From assembly GCA_001938485.1 (NCBI GenBank), contig MQRK01181462.1, forward strand, positions 70,362-132,397: DNA of 62,036 nucleotides, written 5' to 3'. Position 1 is the stretch's first letter; every line of letters begins with the position of its first letter. Shown one piece after another: positions 12,065 to 26,870 of the stretch. Below the pieces are notes generated by a model that was not told where the DNA came from, ran no database searches, and saw nothing but the letters and a program-made list of their open reading frames with translations. The translations under genes and the position numbers were made by a program. The stretch comes from Girardia tigrina. Its lineage: Eukaryota.

Positions 12065-14547
12065 TAAAATGTTTACTAGTTCACTGTTTTAGAATAAATT
12101 ATTTCGACACTATGATAAATAAAATTATCAACTTTCTTGAGATCCTTGTGTTTGAATTTGTTTATTGTCTTAAAAGAAACGAAAAGTAAAGCTGAATCTC
12201 AGATTAACTGTTTTTTGTTAATATATTATTAATAAATAAATAGAAAAAATATTCTTATTTATTTTAAAAATCCAGAAAAAAATAATGAACCCCCTGTCAA
12301 AACCCGACCGTCGTTCGATTGTTTCAGCAGTATTTATCTAACATTGATACTTCAAATACAATCATTTTCTTTTAAATTTAAAAAGGAATCGGTTTTTCTA
12401 ATTTATATGATAATTTTCTTTCTCAACTAGCTGAAATTAATAATTTTTTTCAATTTTTTTTCATAAAATGAATGTACTCATTTTGAATATATTTAATTAT
12501 TAATAGAAAAATTATGTTCGTACAAAAAGTATGCAAAATAAGAATCATGAATTTGATCAAATATCAAACATTATAAAAAATGTTTTTTGCATATATTCTT
12601 TGATTTAGTTTTTAAAAATTCAGCCTTTAAAACAATAATAATTAAAAACAAAAAAGTAGCGAAGTATTTGTAATGAAATAGAAACAGTAAAATTTATTTA
12701 AAGAACAATTCTTCAAACTTAATATTTTCTGTACAATATCTATTTATTAAAGAACAACTTTATAAAATATCCCGCTGCACTAAAGGTACATAAACGCACA
12801 ACGACTGCGAAACGAAGAACATTGTAACTTGCATGAACTAATTTGCTCATTGACGCAAAATATTCGAAACACATGGATCTACCTTTTTTCTAACTGGTCA
12901 AGTTTATTTGACCACAGTCGTTTTTTTGGTTTAATCAAGAAGAATACATCTCCAATCTCGACGCATACGCAAACTGTAATCGAGCTAGCGTCACACCACA
13001 CACTCTTTTTTAAAGTTCAGTACTTCCTAGATACCACCAGAGGAATCCTCTGTCTTTACACGCTCTGCTGACTGTATTTCTAGATTTTAGCTCAATCAGC
13101 TTGAGATCCCTTTACGACAATCAAAATCATCCATGCATATGGTACTGTCCCTGTGAGGAATGTTTTAAATTGTGTGTTGATATTGTGCATGTTGTGTGTT
13201 GATTCGATTGTGCCTCTCCTGCACAGGTGGATGATTGGTATTTTCTTTGATTCTTATTAATTAAAAATAATTTAATTTAATGTTAAAGTAAAAAGATTTA
13301 AAATAATTTTTGAAGGTATTATTTATTTTTTAATGTAATTTAAAATTTTAATATATTAATTTAATATGTTCTTTTTTTTAAAAAAAATGTTTAGATTTAA
13401 TTTCAACCAATTAGATTCTTTATAATTAATAATTTTTATTAACAGATTTTCATTTATTGAAAATAATTAGTTTGAACTCTGAAAAATATTGATCAAGAGA
13501 GATGTCAAATAGTGAATGCGCTTGTGATTTTAATAAATGTTGTAAATCTCATATTGATGTTGTTAATAGTCCCATTAACTGATCAAAAAATGCGAAAAAA
13601 ACATTCAAAAATAACATCTTCTGCTGCCTAAATAGCCAGTCCAAAGCATTACTTCTAATCAGACTACTACTCATCTTCGTGTTAATGAAGTTTTCGATTA
13701 ACTCGTCCTGTCAAAAAATTAATTGTTAAGATACAAATTAAGAATAGTCATTCCAATTAACATTAAGTTTGGTTTATCGTTACTTTCACAAGATTTCAAA
13801 ACATTTTTTTTCTTTATTTTCAATATTTTCTGTACGACTTAGGATTTAGATTATTTCGAAAAAATGTTTTCAAAATACCTATTGAACAATATTACTTATC
13901 TGTTTTCTCAAGCAAAACATACCAAGAAGCGAATAAATCGCATGATACAAAGATTAAAACGAAAACGTGACAAATTATTTATTTATATTATCAAGATGTT
14001 TAGCATAATTTAACTTGATTATCAAATAATTGAAACACAATGTAATATAATGTAATTCAATTCACACTGGTCATTGTAAAGTACATAAAATTTAGAGTAT
14101 GTCTGACAAAAATAATTCATACTTTGGAAAAGAAACAAAAATATTTATTCGAAGAACTAATATAGTTTTAATTTCCAAAAAGATTTTTAGACATTTTCAA
14201 ATGATTATTCATAAATACCTTAACCTTAAAAATTAATGATTGAGGTATTCATTTTAGTACCCATTTTCTTGATGTATTTTTTCCCTAAATCCTTGGTATT
14301 GTGTCTGTTGGTTACAGTTCCCTTCGAATACTTTACATGATTACAGTAGGAACCAAACTGCAGGTTTGCCTATACTATTAGATCACGGATAAATAAGTGG
14401 TATATCACACCAAAAATTAAGTATTTCTTTTATTAATCCTTTAACGAGTAAACCATTGTATGATTGACATTCGGGTTACTGCTATATTTGTGCAAGTACT
14501 AGTCCAGTTACTCTTCTTGGGCTTATGTGACGTTCCTTATTTTAAGA

Positions 14548-15432
14548 CAGTGGTTCTTAACCTTTTTAGCTACCGGCACCCTTAAAATTTTCAAACAATA
14601 TTCTCGCACCCCTTACCCGAAATTATTGAATTATAAAAATTGAAAAACAAACATTATTCATAACATATTTTTTATTAATTTTATGTGCATAACAATTTTT
14701 TTAGAAATTTTAATTGTTAGCTGAAATAACCAATTATAAATGATCAAAATTTATTTTAATGGCTTTTTTGTTGTTGCTTTTCCTCAATTATTTTTGAAAA
14801 CCGGGGAATCTTTTTTGAAATAGCCACACGCATATCATTACTAGCATTAAGTCTATTTCTAGCTTTTGTTCTTATATGTACAAGTGACGAGAACCCCATC
14901 TCACACAAATACGTTGTGGCAAATGGAACAAGATGCTGAAGCGCTATTTTAGCTAATAGTGGATATGACATTACTTGAGCACACCAGAAATTTTCCAAAC
15001 TCACTGTTTCATATTCCATTTGATTGCGCCCATTTGTCCGTAATTCAACAAGATCATCTTTTAATAAATTAGTGTCATCCATTGAGTCCAGATTATAAAT
15101 AAATGGATCTAATATCCATTTTTCCGATATATCAATATCTCCAGTAGCAAAATATCCATCAAAAGATTCGCTCAACTTTTGCAAATGAGCTTTAATTTCG
15201 GTGGCATAAAATGTACAACTTTGACTGAAGAGATCAATGTTTTCTTAAAAAAAATAAATTAATAGAAAAAATTTTTATGAAATTATTTCGTGTGAATTTA
15301 AGTTTAGAATTTTTAAGTTTAGTTTTTTATTTTACTAGCTACACGTGCATTTGTATAATTATAGTTTCGCACCCCCAGATATTCTACCTCGCACCCCTAA
15401 GGGGTGCGTGCACCACCGGTTAAGAACCACTG
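14548..15432 (-). mobile_element. hAT (Buster/Charlie-type) internally deleted element
   Basis: Perfect 15-bp TIR cagtggttcttaacc and perfect 8-bp TSD ttttaaga. ORF 14756-15184 is the hAT dimerisation domain (LVPFATTYLCEMGFSSL...KARNRL...QQQKSH). Confidence 0.95.
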
Positions 15433-17496
15433 TTTTAAGACATCACACTGAAAAGACTTTTCAATAGTCAAATAAATATTGTTGATAAATTTGCTTTGCT
15501 TTGTTTTTTTACCTTTAATCGATTACCAGTAAAAATGATTTTTTTAAGCCGTTTTTGAGACAAAAATGCGCCCCAAAGGGTTAAAAATGATGAAATGTTA
15601 GTTAAAATTTTCAATTAGTAAAATAATTTATAATTTTGGAAAATTTAAAATTTTGACAAAAATTAAATAATTACATAAAACATAAAAGTACATAAAGTTT
15701 GTAAAAATAAAAAAAGTTAAAAACCATATTTTAAAAACCAATAAACGTTAAATAATTATGTAAAACAAAAAAAGTTTAATAATTAATAGGAAAATAATTA
15801 GTAAAAGTTTTAAAATAATAATTTTAAAATAAATCATAAAAACATTAAAGGGTGTAAAATTTATCATGTAGAACAAAATTATTTTGAAAGAAATCAAAGT
15901 TAAGTAAAATATTTTTACGAAATTATTTCAAAATAAAAAGTTTAGTAAAAATGAAATTTAAAATAAAAAGTTAAATATTTTTTAACAAAAGTAGAAATTC
16001 AATTTTAAAGAAAAATAGTATAGGGATTTTGCGAAATGATTATCGAAATGAAATTATCGAGAATAATTAAAATTTGTGTGTAATTTTCATAATTAATAAA
16101 TTTTTGTGTTAAATTATGAATTCTAATCTTGAATAAAACATCATCGAAGATAATGGCAATGATGTTAACAAAAATCAAACAAACATTTTTTTCTGAATTC
16201 TAAAAATATATATTTTAATTTAAAAGAACATGTACATAAACATATACAATTGAAAATTATTTTTTTACATTCACTATAACTTTCTTTATCTCATTGTCTT
16301 GGTATTACCAATTAATTCATTACATTTGATACTGTTTTCTAATAGTATCTGGCTACAAAATATTTTGATTTGAATAAGAATACTGAAGCGTAAATTTCGA
16401 CCACCTTTTCTGTATTAAAACATAACTTTTCAAGTCTCCGTCGTTTTAAATTCCTTGAAATAAAATAATTTAGATTAAATAATATTATATAAGTCTATTA
16501 TCAAGAAAAATCAGAATTGGAATTTATTTTTTAAATTCAATTTTTTAAAAGTTTAAGAGAAATTCAATTTAAAGAAAAGATCTGTTTCTTGGACAATACT
16601 TTTCCCGGGGTTTTGATTTGTGTAGAAAATATTGTTTCATGGGAAATACAATTTATTAGACCTGACATGGTATGAACAATAATTATTTTGCAAATCAAAG
16701 TTTTTAAGTCCATTTTTATCAGTTACAACTGATTATTGTTGTTTTTTTCCAAAGCTTTCAAGTAATTATGTACATGTAAGATACATGATTTAAATTTACC
16801 TGTGATAATCAGAAAGATAAATATTTATGAGCATTATTAAAATAAAGCTTTTATGGAGTCATGTTGCCTAATTTCAAAAATATCTCTAAATTAAATATTC
16901 CATGTCAAATTTCATTGAATTATTAGTTTCTTTGTCTAACGTTCTTCTTAATTGAATCGTATGTTTTTTGAATAACCATATCATCTTGATTTTTATTATA
17001 TAAATAATATTTATAATTAAAAAAACCTAAAAAATACTTATTTAATACTTATTAAATTATTTTTCGATAATTTTACTACTCGTTTTTCAATCCTTACAGA
17101 CTAATCCTTTCACTTAAGTAATTTTGTCAATTCTTTTTCTCTTAAGCTTCAGTAGTTTTTTTTCTAATCTCTTCCTTTTTCACATCGAACAGAAAAATGC
17201 TTTTTTATATTTTCTTAAAGTTTATTCAAATAATTAAATTTTTATTTATGAATTTTATAGATAAATTTATTCATTATAGTAAATAGAATTTAATTTTATA
17301 TGTACAAATATAATATGAAACAGTCATAAGAAAATCTTATAAGCTATAAAGGCTTATAATGTTATAGTATACATAAATATTTAAACGTATTTTGAATATA
17401 ATGAGATAATTGATGGTACATTTTGAAGAGGCATCCATAAATTATGTACCACATAAGGGTCGGGAACCTCTGCAACGGACTAAAATTAATAGTGAT

Positions 17497-20400
17497 TGTT
17501 AGTCGATATCTAAATTGAATTAACAATACGATTTCAAATTTGTTACCAAAAATTTATTCTGATTAAAACAAAACATAAAACATGCGAAAATTAATTGCTA
17601 AATAAAATAAACCATATTTAATGAATTTTAAATAAATTAATAAAGATTTGAATGATAATTCTAAACAATAATTTGATAATAATAATTTATAATACTTATA
17701 TTCTTCCTAACATCTCCCTTTCTTCAAAGATCTTAGCCACTCTATATTACGTATTATTTTTTTCCAACTCATAACTACGATCGTGAATCTTTTTAGTTAC
17801 TCGATATGGTCCTTCATATCTGTTATCGTCTTTCACACGACCTTCATTTTTTACTAAAACTTCCTCATTTATTTCAAAATGAATGTTTTCCCGATTTTCA
17901 TTTTGATAATTAACTAATTTTTGATTTTTTATATCTGCTTGTATTCGTTCATCTCTTGTTATTAGTTCTATCTGTGCTATTTTAAAACCGAAAACTATTT
18001 CGGCCGGACTCATTTTTAATGATTTTTATTTTAACAAAATTCCATTTCAGGAAGTATATCCACCCAATTTTGTTTCTATTTGTCTCCACTGTCGTGTTAA
18101 TATAATCTTGAATAGTCCTAAATTACCTCTCAATTATTCCATTTGTATTATGGTGGTATGGGCTTGAAAATTTTAACTTGATCTGGAACTTTTCACACAT
18201 CGTTTTAATTAATTTTGATTCAAAAGTTCTTCCACGATCAACATGAATTAACCTTGGTGCCCCAAATTTCAAAATCCAATTGTTTAAAATAGTTTTCGAT
18301 GTTGTATATTCATCTTGTTTAGTTATTGCGGTCAGTGAAACATATCTACTAAACTGGTCAATTATACTTAATATGTACTTTTTTCCATATCATTTAGTCT
18401 TAAGAGGCCCATAAAAATGAATAAAGATTGATTCAAATGGATTATTGTATTGTTGTTTGTTGATGACTTCTTTTGTTCTGGTTGTTAGTCCCTTCCTTTT
18501 TTGACACTCCTCACAATTTTCAATTATTTCCTTGACCTTTTTTTAATGTCTTTCATTGCATAAATATCTTCTATGTAATTGAGAATCTTTTCCATACCAG
18601 CATGACACAATAATAAATATTTTGAATAAATTTATCTCTTTTATTATCTGGAATCCATATTTTTTTATCTCGTGTCATTACTACTCCTTCTTTTAACATA
18701 TATTCATCTATTTCAAAATCGTTAATCCGTCTTTTAATTTCCTCAATTTCTCTACTATCCTGTTGCCATTGTATAACATCTGATACAGAAAGTATTGCTA
18801 AAATTTTGATCTTTAATGTTCCTTTTTTAGCCTCCTCGTGTTGCATTTGACATTGGAAGCACATATCACAATCTCTCCTTGATAAAACATTTGCATTTGA
18901 GTGATGCAAACCTTTTCTGTACTCTAATTTCATATCTAAACTGCTTAAAAAGTTTAGCCAAGTTTGAAACTGGGATGTTATTGGTTTCTTTGTCGTCATC
19001 ATATATGTTATAGCTTTGTGGTCCGTTCTTAAAGTAAATTGTCTACCATATAGATAATGCTTAAAGTGTTGTGTGAAAAAATAAATTACTAACAATTCTT
19101 TTCTTGTTATGCAGTATCCGATTTCGCGCTTGCTCATAGCGTGTGATCCATACGCAATTACTTTTTCATTTCCTTCATCTTCTAACTGAGATAAAACTGC
19201 ACCGGTCGTGTTATGACTAGCATCGGTATCTAAAATGAAATCCTTATAGAAATCAGGATACACCAAAACTGGTGTTTTTGTCAAAGCGTCTTTCAATTGA
19301 AGAAATGATTTCTCACATTCGTCATTCCAAAATAGTTTTTCCTTATTGCTTCCACAGAGGGTTTCCAAATTCCTTGAAAGATTGGAATATTTTTTATAAA
19401 TTTTCTATAATAATTGCACAGGCCCAAAAAACTTCTCAATTTTTTACACAGTTTGGTCTTTCAAATGTTTTGATGGATTCTAATTTATCTGGATCGGTTC
19501 TAACTCCCTGTTCATTGATTATGTGACCTAAAAATTTCGTTTTACTTTTCAACAATTGACATTTTTCTGGATTGATCTTAAGACCCGCACATTTAATTTT
19601 ATATAACAATTTATTTAGTTTCAAAATATGTTCGTCCATGGTCTTTGAAAATACTAGAATATCATCTAAATAGACTAACTCCCTTCCATAACATATCACC
19701 CAAAACCGTGTTCATCAGTCTTTGAAAATTTGCAGGAGCTGCCACTATTCCAAATGGCATGCGGTTAAAACAAAATTGTAGAAAAAGCCTTTTTCAATTT
19801 TCATTCTTCGTCTAACTCCACTTGGTAATACGCATTTCCTAAATCAATGGTGCTGAAGAAACGAGCTCCATTAAGCGAATCCAGCATTTCCTCGATGTTA
19901 GACATCGGATAAACTTGTCTTTTGATCACTTTATTTAATTGCCTAAAATCCAAAGAAAGTCTAATTTCCTGTTTGTCTTTTTTTCCACACACAAACCATA
20001 GGTGTGTTCCTGGATGAATTGCATAGTTTTATTATGTTATTGTCTTCCAGATTTTTTATCAATTCTTCAATTTTATTTTCTAAATTTGTTGGTTGTCTTC
20101 TCAGTTTCATGAAAATGTGATCACCCTTTGTAACAATTGTGTGTTTCAAAAGTTTTGTGCAACCCACATCCCATTTATATGCCATAAATACATCAACATG
20201 TTTTTTTATTATTTTATAGAGTGGAGAGTCTAATCATATTTTCAATATCTCCACAATATTTTTTAATTTGATACTATTTGGTACCTGTAATCCAAATTTA
20301 GCACTAATACCACAGTTACTTTGATCCAAATTATTTCAACTTTCATTGAATATTTCTTTTCCTATTTTTAAGTGAATATTGAAGGCATTTAAAAATTACA

Positions 20401-22200
20401 CACCACATATAATGGAAGGCGATACTTCTTCAGCAATATAAAATTTAATCAATTTATAAATTTCACCTATTTAAATTTTTAGAACGACAATTCCTAGTAT
20501 GTCTAATGCACTTCCATTAGCGCAAATAATATTATCATTATTGTTTTTATTTGGAATTATTCTTAACTTATTAACTACATCCTTACTCATAATATTTATA
20601 CGGGCACCTGTGTCTAGTACACAAGAAAAATATTGATCGTTACATTTAATTACCATCTGGGGTCTTCCATCAATTTTATCATATTTTATCTTCATATTAC
20701 ATAATTTAGATTTTAAAATATTGACATCCCTATTATTACACAATGCGGTTGACACTTAATTTTATCATTTGATGCACAAATGTCAGACATGTTTTGTAAT
20801 CGGTCAGTATTACGATTATCTTCTATTGGGTTAATATTATCTAATTTAAAATTAAATATTTTGCTTTTATCCCTATTCTTTAATACAGATACATTATTTA
20901 CAGACTTCCTGTATTTAGATCATCACTACTTTTAAAATATTTATTAATATCAATATCGTTATTATAATTATCATTCAAAAAAATATTATTATTACAATTA
21001 TCAAATAAAACATTACTATTTACACAATTACAATACTTTAAATTACAAATAAATGGTTCCAAAAATTTCTTACATGTTAAGAAATGACTCCTATCACTTC
21101 TCGCCTTGATGGAGCCTGATCGTTTGGGATCTGATCTTTTTCCTGCTGTTCCCCATCATAAGTCCCGATCTCTTCACAATTGTCGTCTAAAACCGCAATG
21201 TTTTGTCTCGTTCTGTTAACATTCATTCCAAAATAATTTCTCTGTTTTTGATAATCTCCTTATCGTTTCTGCCAGCACTGAAAACTAAAATGACCATATT
21301 TTTTACAATGACTACACTTTATATTTGGACATTCTCTTCGGATATGTTCATGTTCTTGACATGCATGGCATTTGATTTGCTTGTCGGGACAATTTCTGCT
21401 AACATATCTCTCTTTCTGACAGCTCCAACATACAACTGGGTTTCTCGAATGTTCATTGTTTGCATGATTCCATTTTATTCTTTCCATAGGTGGTTTTACT
21501 AACCGTGAATTTGAAAATTGTTGGTGCTTTTGTACGATTTTGGCAAACGTTTCTTTTGGATTGACTGCTGATATTTGAATTGATTCTTCTTCTCTTTCAA
21601 TACTGTCAATCTTCCGAATAACTTCTTTGATCTGCTCCACGTCATTGGTATCTCGTAAACATAATGTACCAAAATACGCCATTAATTCTTTGTCATCCCA
21701 TTTAATTTGACATTAATTTTTTTAAACTATTTTTCCGATTTTATCGCTCCATCCGAACCTTTTTCTTATGAATATCAATTCATAAAATCCTGTATTAACG
21801 ATGAAGGTTTGGAAAATGCTCTTCTGTCTTTCCTCATACTCCACGATATTTGGGTCCACTTGTTCATATACTGGAATTAAATCTCTGGAATGAAATGCCT
21901 TAACCATAATTCATTTTAGATTTGGGTCGGTGCCGGATACTTCGAAAAATCATCTGCATTCTTCGATAAATTCTTCTAAATTATTTTCTACATTGTAAGT
22001 TTCGGGAACCAGATTCTTCCAATTACTGAACGTGGTCGCCATGTTAGTCGATATCTAAATTGAATTAACAATACGATTTCAAACTTGTTACCAAAAATTT
22101 ATTCTGATTAAAACAAAACATAAAACACGTGAGAATTAATTACGAAATAATTGGAACCATATTTAATTAATTTTAAATAAATTAATAAAGATTTGAATGA
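17497..22200 (-). mobile_element. Ty3/Gypsy LTR retrotransposon, near full-length, degenerate
   Basis: 3' LTR 17497-17712 (TG..CA) with adjacent PPT gaagaaagggaga; 5' LTR 22042-22200 truncated; PBS tggcgaccacg. Gag with three CCHC-like knuckles, protease VLDTGA, RT YLDD, RNase H DTDAS/TDHKA and integrase with EGPY, in Gypsy order. Many stops and frameshifts. Confidence 0.95.
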
Positions 22201-22540
22201 GAGCGATCATATTGATGTAGACTTTGTTGTTTTTTGAGAACATCGATGATTCTATATATTCGGATGGGCCTCCCATCTCTCTCCCATGCTTCGGGGAACT
22301 CTGCTCTTCCCTCCCAAATGGCTTCGAAACATTGCATGATCTTGATTGTTAACTGGTGGCCTCCCCACTTAAATAACTCTGGGATGATACCGTTGTTCCC
22401 AGCAGCCGTGCCGTTTTTGAGTTGTTTTATTGCGGTACCTACTTCTTCTACGTCTGGTAAGTAATTGATATCCAGTTGTTGACTTTGTTCCAAATCCATG
22501 ACATAGTCTCCTTCATTCTTTTTGAATAGGTTCGAGATTC
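22201..22540 (-). mobile_element. LINE (RTE-like) reverse transcriptase fragment abutting the truncated Gypsy 5' LTR
   Basis: EEVGTAIKQLKNGTAAGNNGIIPELFKWGG...FPEAW is the non-LTR RT domain-0 motif. Confidence 0.8.
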
Positions 22541-23989
22541 AATATATATTCGGGTAAAGTGTACCACACATTTGCACGAATCTCTGATACCCACCTTCAA
22601 TATAATTATTGAAACCAAGAATTAATAAAAATAATTATAATTAAATTCATTTTAAAAAATGTTCATTCTGATTTTACAAAAGTAAATTAACGAAACGTTT
22701 TCTGAAATTCGGTATTAATTAAATAAAGATGGAGGAAAATACTTTAACTTTTGTCAACGAAAAGAAATGAAATGTAAATGATGATAACAAATGAACTAAG
22801 AAACAAATTACATCAAGATTGATTGACCTTAAAAACATTTTTTTTAAGAAATTTTTGTACAAGATTCTTAACTTTAGGAGAGAGAATCTATTCCTGACCA
22901 ATTTCTTTTGTTCTTGTGAACCAACATAAAAATCTACCAAAGAAAATTAAATTTAACAAGAACCAATAATATTTACGTATATATTAGTGTTCTTCGATGT
23001 TCTTCACAGTATGAAATATTCGATTTTTGTTCCTGTTAGATAAGACGACTACCCATTTTCGGATAATTTTTTAAGTATAAGGGGCCATCTTATCGAGAAT
23101 AACGAAAAGAACAATTTATACTAAAAAACTAGTTCCTTTTCGAAATTCCTCCAACTTACACGATTTAAAATCTATTAAGATAACTTTAACAGAATTTCAT
23201 TTGCGGCATTAGATTTATTAGAAATGTTAATCCCCAAACAGACACTTATTAAAATTAATTGACAGTTTGAATCTAATTGTTGGTATAATTTAATTATTTT
23301 TTGTGCTTCATAATGCATAATAATATTATTTGGAAGAATTATTATATTTTCTTTCAACCAATTCGTCATTGTTCGAGTATAAAATTGTAGCAGTTGACGA
23401 TCGTATAGAAAAATGCTTTATTTTGATTTCTTTAGACTGTAAAGTTTAGAGCAAGAATCACTATAAGTTTTATAAAGATTAATTAATTTATTTAAAACAA
23501 GTTAACAATTATATTGCGTATTTGAATTGAATATTTACCAAGATTCAATATTGCTCTGTGTGAGTTCGTATTAATTTGGTTATTATTATTACAAATCGTT
23601 ATGTAACACTTCGTTTAAGTACTTTCTGGATCAAAGTTTGAATATGCAATCTAGCTTACCGGTAGACTTGGCACAAAATCTCAATCAAGAAAATAAAAGA
23701 ATGTTATTTTTTGTTCCGTTACAGAATTGTCTATACATTTTCTTTAATAATCTATAATTGAAAGATAAAGCCCTGTCCCTAAATGTATTACTTATTACGA
23801 AAATAATTAATGATACTTAAGATGTAGAGCATTTATTCTCACAAAAACTGACGTGAAAAAACAACTTGTACATGACATTGCTTATTTAAATGCTCTGAAG
23901 GGTTTATATGATTTAAGAAAAGTATGTATAGAAATATAGGTAGTGACATTTGTTTTAATAGTATCCAAACTTCATAGTCTTCTCTCGAA

Positions 23990-24375
23990 GAAACCGAGAA
24001 CTGTTTGTGTTTTACAAGCTAATCCTGACCTTAATCCCATAGAAAACTTGTGGAACATCATGAAAATAAGAGTGGCAGTCAAACATCCCTCTAATGTGGA
24101 TCATCTAAGAGATTATTCAACAAGTTTGGAACGAAACACTCTCACCAGACCAATGTTTCGCATTGTTCGCTATCATGCCTCGAAAAATTCAAACGGTGTT
24201 GAAAAGCAAAGGAGAACATACAAAGTATTAAATGTAGTAAAAATTACTTTAAAATGCTTTCTTTTCTATATACATTGGTAAATTTAGTGAATTAAGCTTT
24301 TCTTTGTCAATGGGAACACAATATTTTTGTACCTTATCATTTTTTGACAATATTCCATGTCAATGGCGGCAGCTG
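23990..24375 (+). mobile_element. Tc1-like transposon 3' fragment
   Basis: NPDLNPIENLWNIMK motif; ends in TIR-like ...atggcggcagctg-ta. Confidence 0.75.
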
Positions 24376-26829
24376 TAAGTAGTACAAAATAAGGTTATAG
24401 TATTATTTTCTATGAATTACATGTATACTTAAACGTGGTAGTAAAAGAGAAACAAATTATAATGTAATCGATTAAATGATTGATCAAACTGATTAACGAT
24501 TAAATGCGAAAAGTAAAATGTTTAATATAAAAGTATGTAAATAAAGAAAAATGTTTCAGTGTTAACTGTAACCCAACTTTTGACCTACACCGTATATATG
24601 AGATTGTATTTAACAAATTTGAAAATTATAAACATTAATTGTTGATGAAAAACAATTAAAAGTAAAAAAATATAGTTTAAAAACAATTACCAAGAAAAGA
24701 CTCAAATAGAAAAGTAAATTATTTTTTTTTAATTTTAGAAAATTGTTTTATCTTTTTTTTGTTAATTTTTTCTTATTTGCCAGAAATACTTTAACAAAAT
24801 AAATTTAATATAGACATTTTCTCTTAGTTAAATGCGTTATTTGAAAAATAATTTGTGTTTGATACCAATATAAATTCAACAAAAGTTTTTTTTAAATAAT
24901 ATACTTTTAATTTAAAAAAAATCATTGAAAAAATGGAGCTAAGAATTTCAAGCATTATTAAAAAATTGACCTACAGGCTATTCTCTCTTAATCAAAAATA
25001 TTGTAAAAAAATGTTTTTCCTTTTTTGTCAAAAATAATATTTTATTATTAATTAAGAATCAAAAAATAAAGAGATATTTATTTGTCATAATAATTTTAAC
25101 ATATTCTCATCAAGAATATTTATCAGACTAAATATTTACTTTTTATATGTTCTTAAGTGTCACTTTAGTGTTTTTTGGCGAATATAAAAACATATAAATG
25201 ATAAAATTGAAGAAAGAATATTGATGTATTTAAAAATTTCTAATTTATTTGTTTAATATTTATATGAATGAACTTTTTGTATTTAAAGACTATCGGTCAA
25301 TTGGACAAACTCCTCAAAACTATTTCCTTGAATTAGATTTACTCTCCTCTGATTAAATTGTTACGAAAATTTATTCTGTTGGGTATTACAATTAAATCTC
25401 GTTTATATCTTTGTTTATATTAAACTACTAATCTGACTCCAAATCGACCAAAAGGTTTCTTCCAACAATAATATATGAGGAATGAACACAAATCTTTTTA
25501 ATAAACTTTATTTGAAAATTACAACTTGAGCACAAAACTGAAATCGAAACTTTATCGCTAAATTAATAGTTTGAAGCACACTCAATCAACACAAATCAAT
25601 ATCAATTTAGAGTGAGCGATATCTGAAAGTCAAACTTCAATCTTTCTCCTTTACAGGATACTAGATTGGTTAACAAAAATTAAATAAAAAAGATTACCGT
25701 AATACATGAAGTTTAAAATCTTTAGTAGGGTCTGCAAGTATAATTTTGTCCGAAAATTTTGTGTGAATAATACTAAAATAATAATTGTTTATATACTAGT
25801 TTTTTCAAACCTTGAATATTAGTTTGCTAAAACAAATCTAAAAATATTTACAAATATTATACAAATTTTATTAAAATAATGTAAATCGAAAATTATTGAT
25901 TTTTTAACAGAGAATTATTTTTAATTAATTTTTTACACAACTTTTTGATTAAACATTTAAATTTATATTTTGAAACCCCAACAATTCTAATGGTCTCATT
26001 TTACAAATAGTATTATCATAATTAAGCACAATTTTATAACTCTTCTCCACTCCACAAAGAATTTCTCAAATATTGTTAATTTTGTCTAAGATTTTTCAGT
26101 CTTGTATGACTATTTACATAATTATTTAAAATGTGTTTTCTTGATAAGAAGTTTAAAAAACTTCAGCCTGTCGTTTAATTTTATTTGTTCTTGAATACCA
26201 GGCGATCTAAAGATACAGTTATTGGAACATAAATTAACCAAACTTTCTTGATAACATAACTTTGTAAATACAATCATGAATGAAATGGTTTAGAAGACCT
26301 AAAAGGTACAATGGTTTTTTGAAAATAACTTTCAATGGTAGTTTTTTTTAAAAAAAATAGTTTTTTAATAAATTGCTTTAATTAAAAAAACATTTAGTCG
26401 AAATAATTTATTTTACTAATTTAATTTTCTTTATTTGAGAAAAATTTTAAATAACTATAGAAATAAGTTTTAACAAATTCCACAGCTTTTAAAATGATTT
26501 TGAAAGTTTTAAAGCAATTTAACAGAAATTTGAAACTATTTTCCTAAAATCTGAGGAAAATATTGTTTCAAAATTTTTGTTAAAAATAAATATTATTGTT
26601 TTATTCAATACAAAATATTTTAATTAATAAAATAGTTATTAATAAATAAATATACGAAAACTATATAATCTTTATTTGTAATATATATGTAAAATAAAAA
26701 TAATTTAAATTTAAAACAATTAAAAATGATTATAAAATTTAGAATTATTTTAATTTTTACAATTAAACTTGATAAAAGATGGTAATTTTTTATTATAAAC
26801 AAATAAACGCCATTTGAAAATATATTTTA

Positions 26830-26870
26830 GGATAATATATTTCGACGGTTTAACCGTCATCATCAGATCA
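26830..26870 (-). ncRNA. Minimal type I hammerhead ribozyme (Penelope tail)
   Basis: Minus strand: tgat CTGATGA t gacgg-ttaaa-ccgtc GAA atatat t atcc. Core boxes, stem II and palindromic helix III are present; stem I has 3 bp. Confidence 0.7.
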
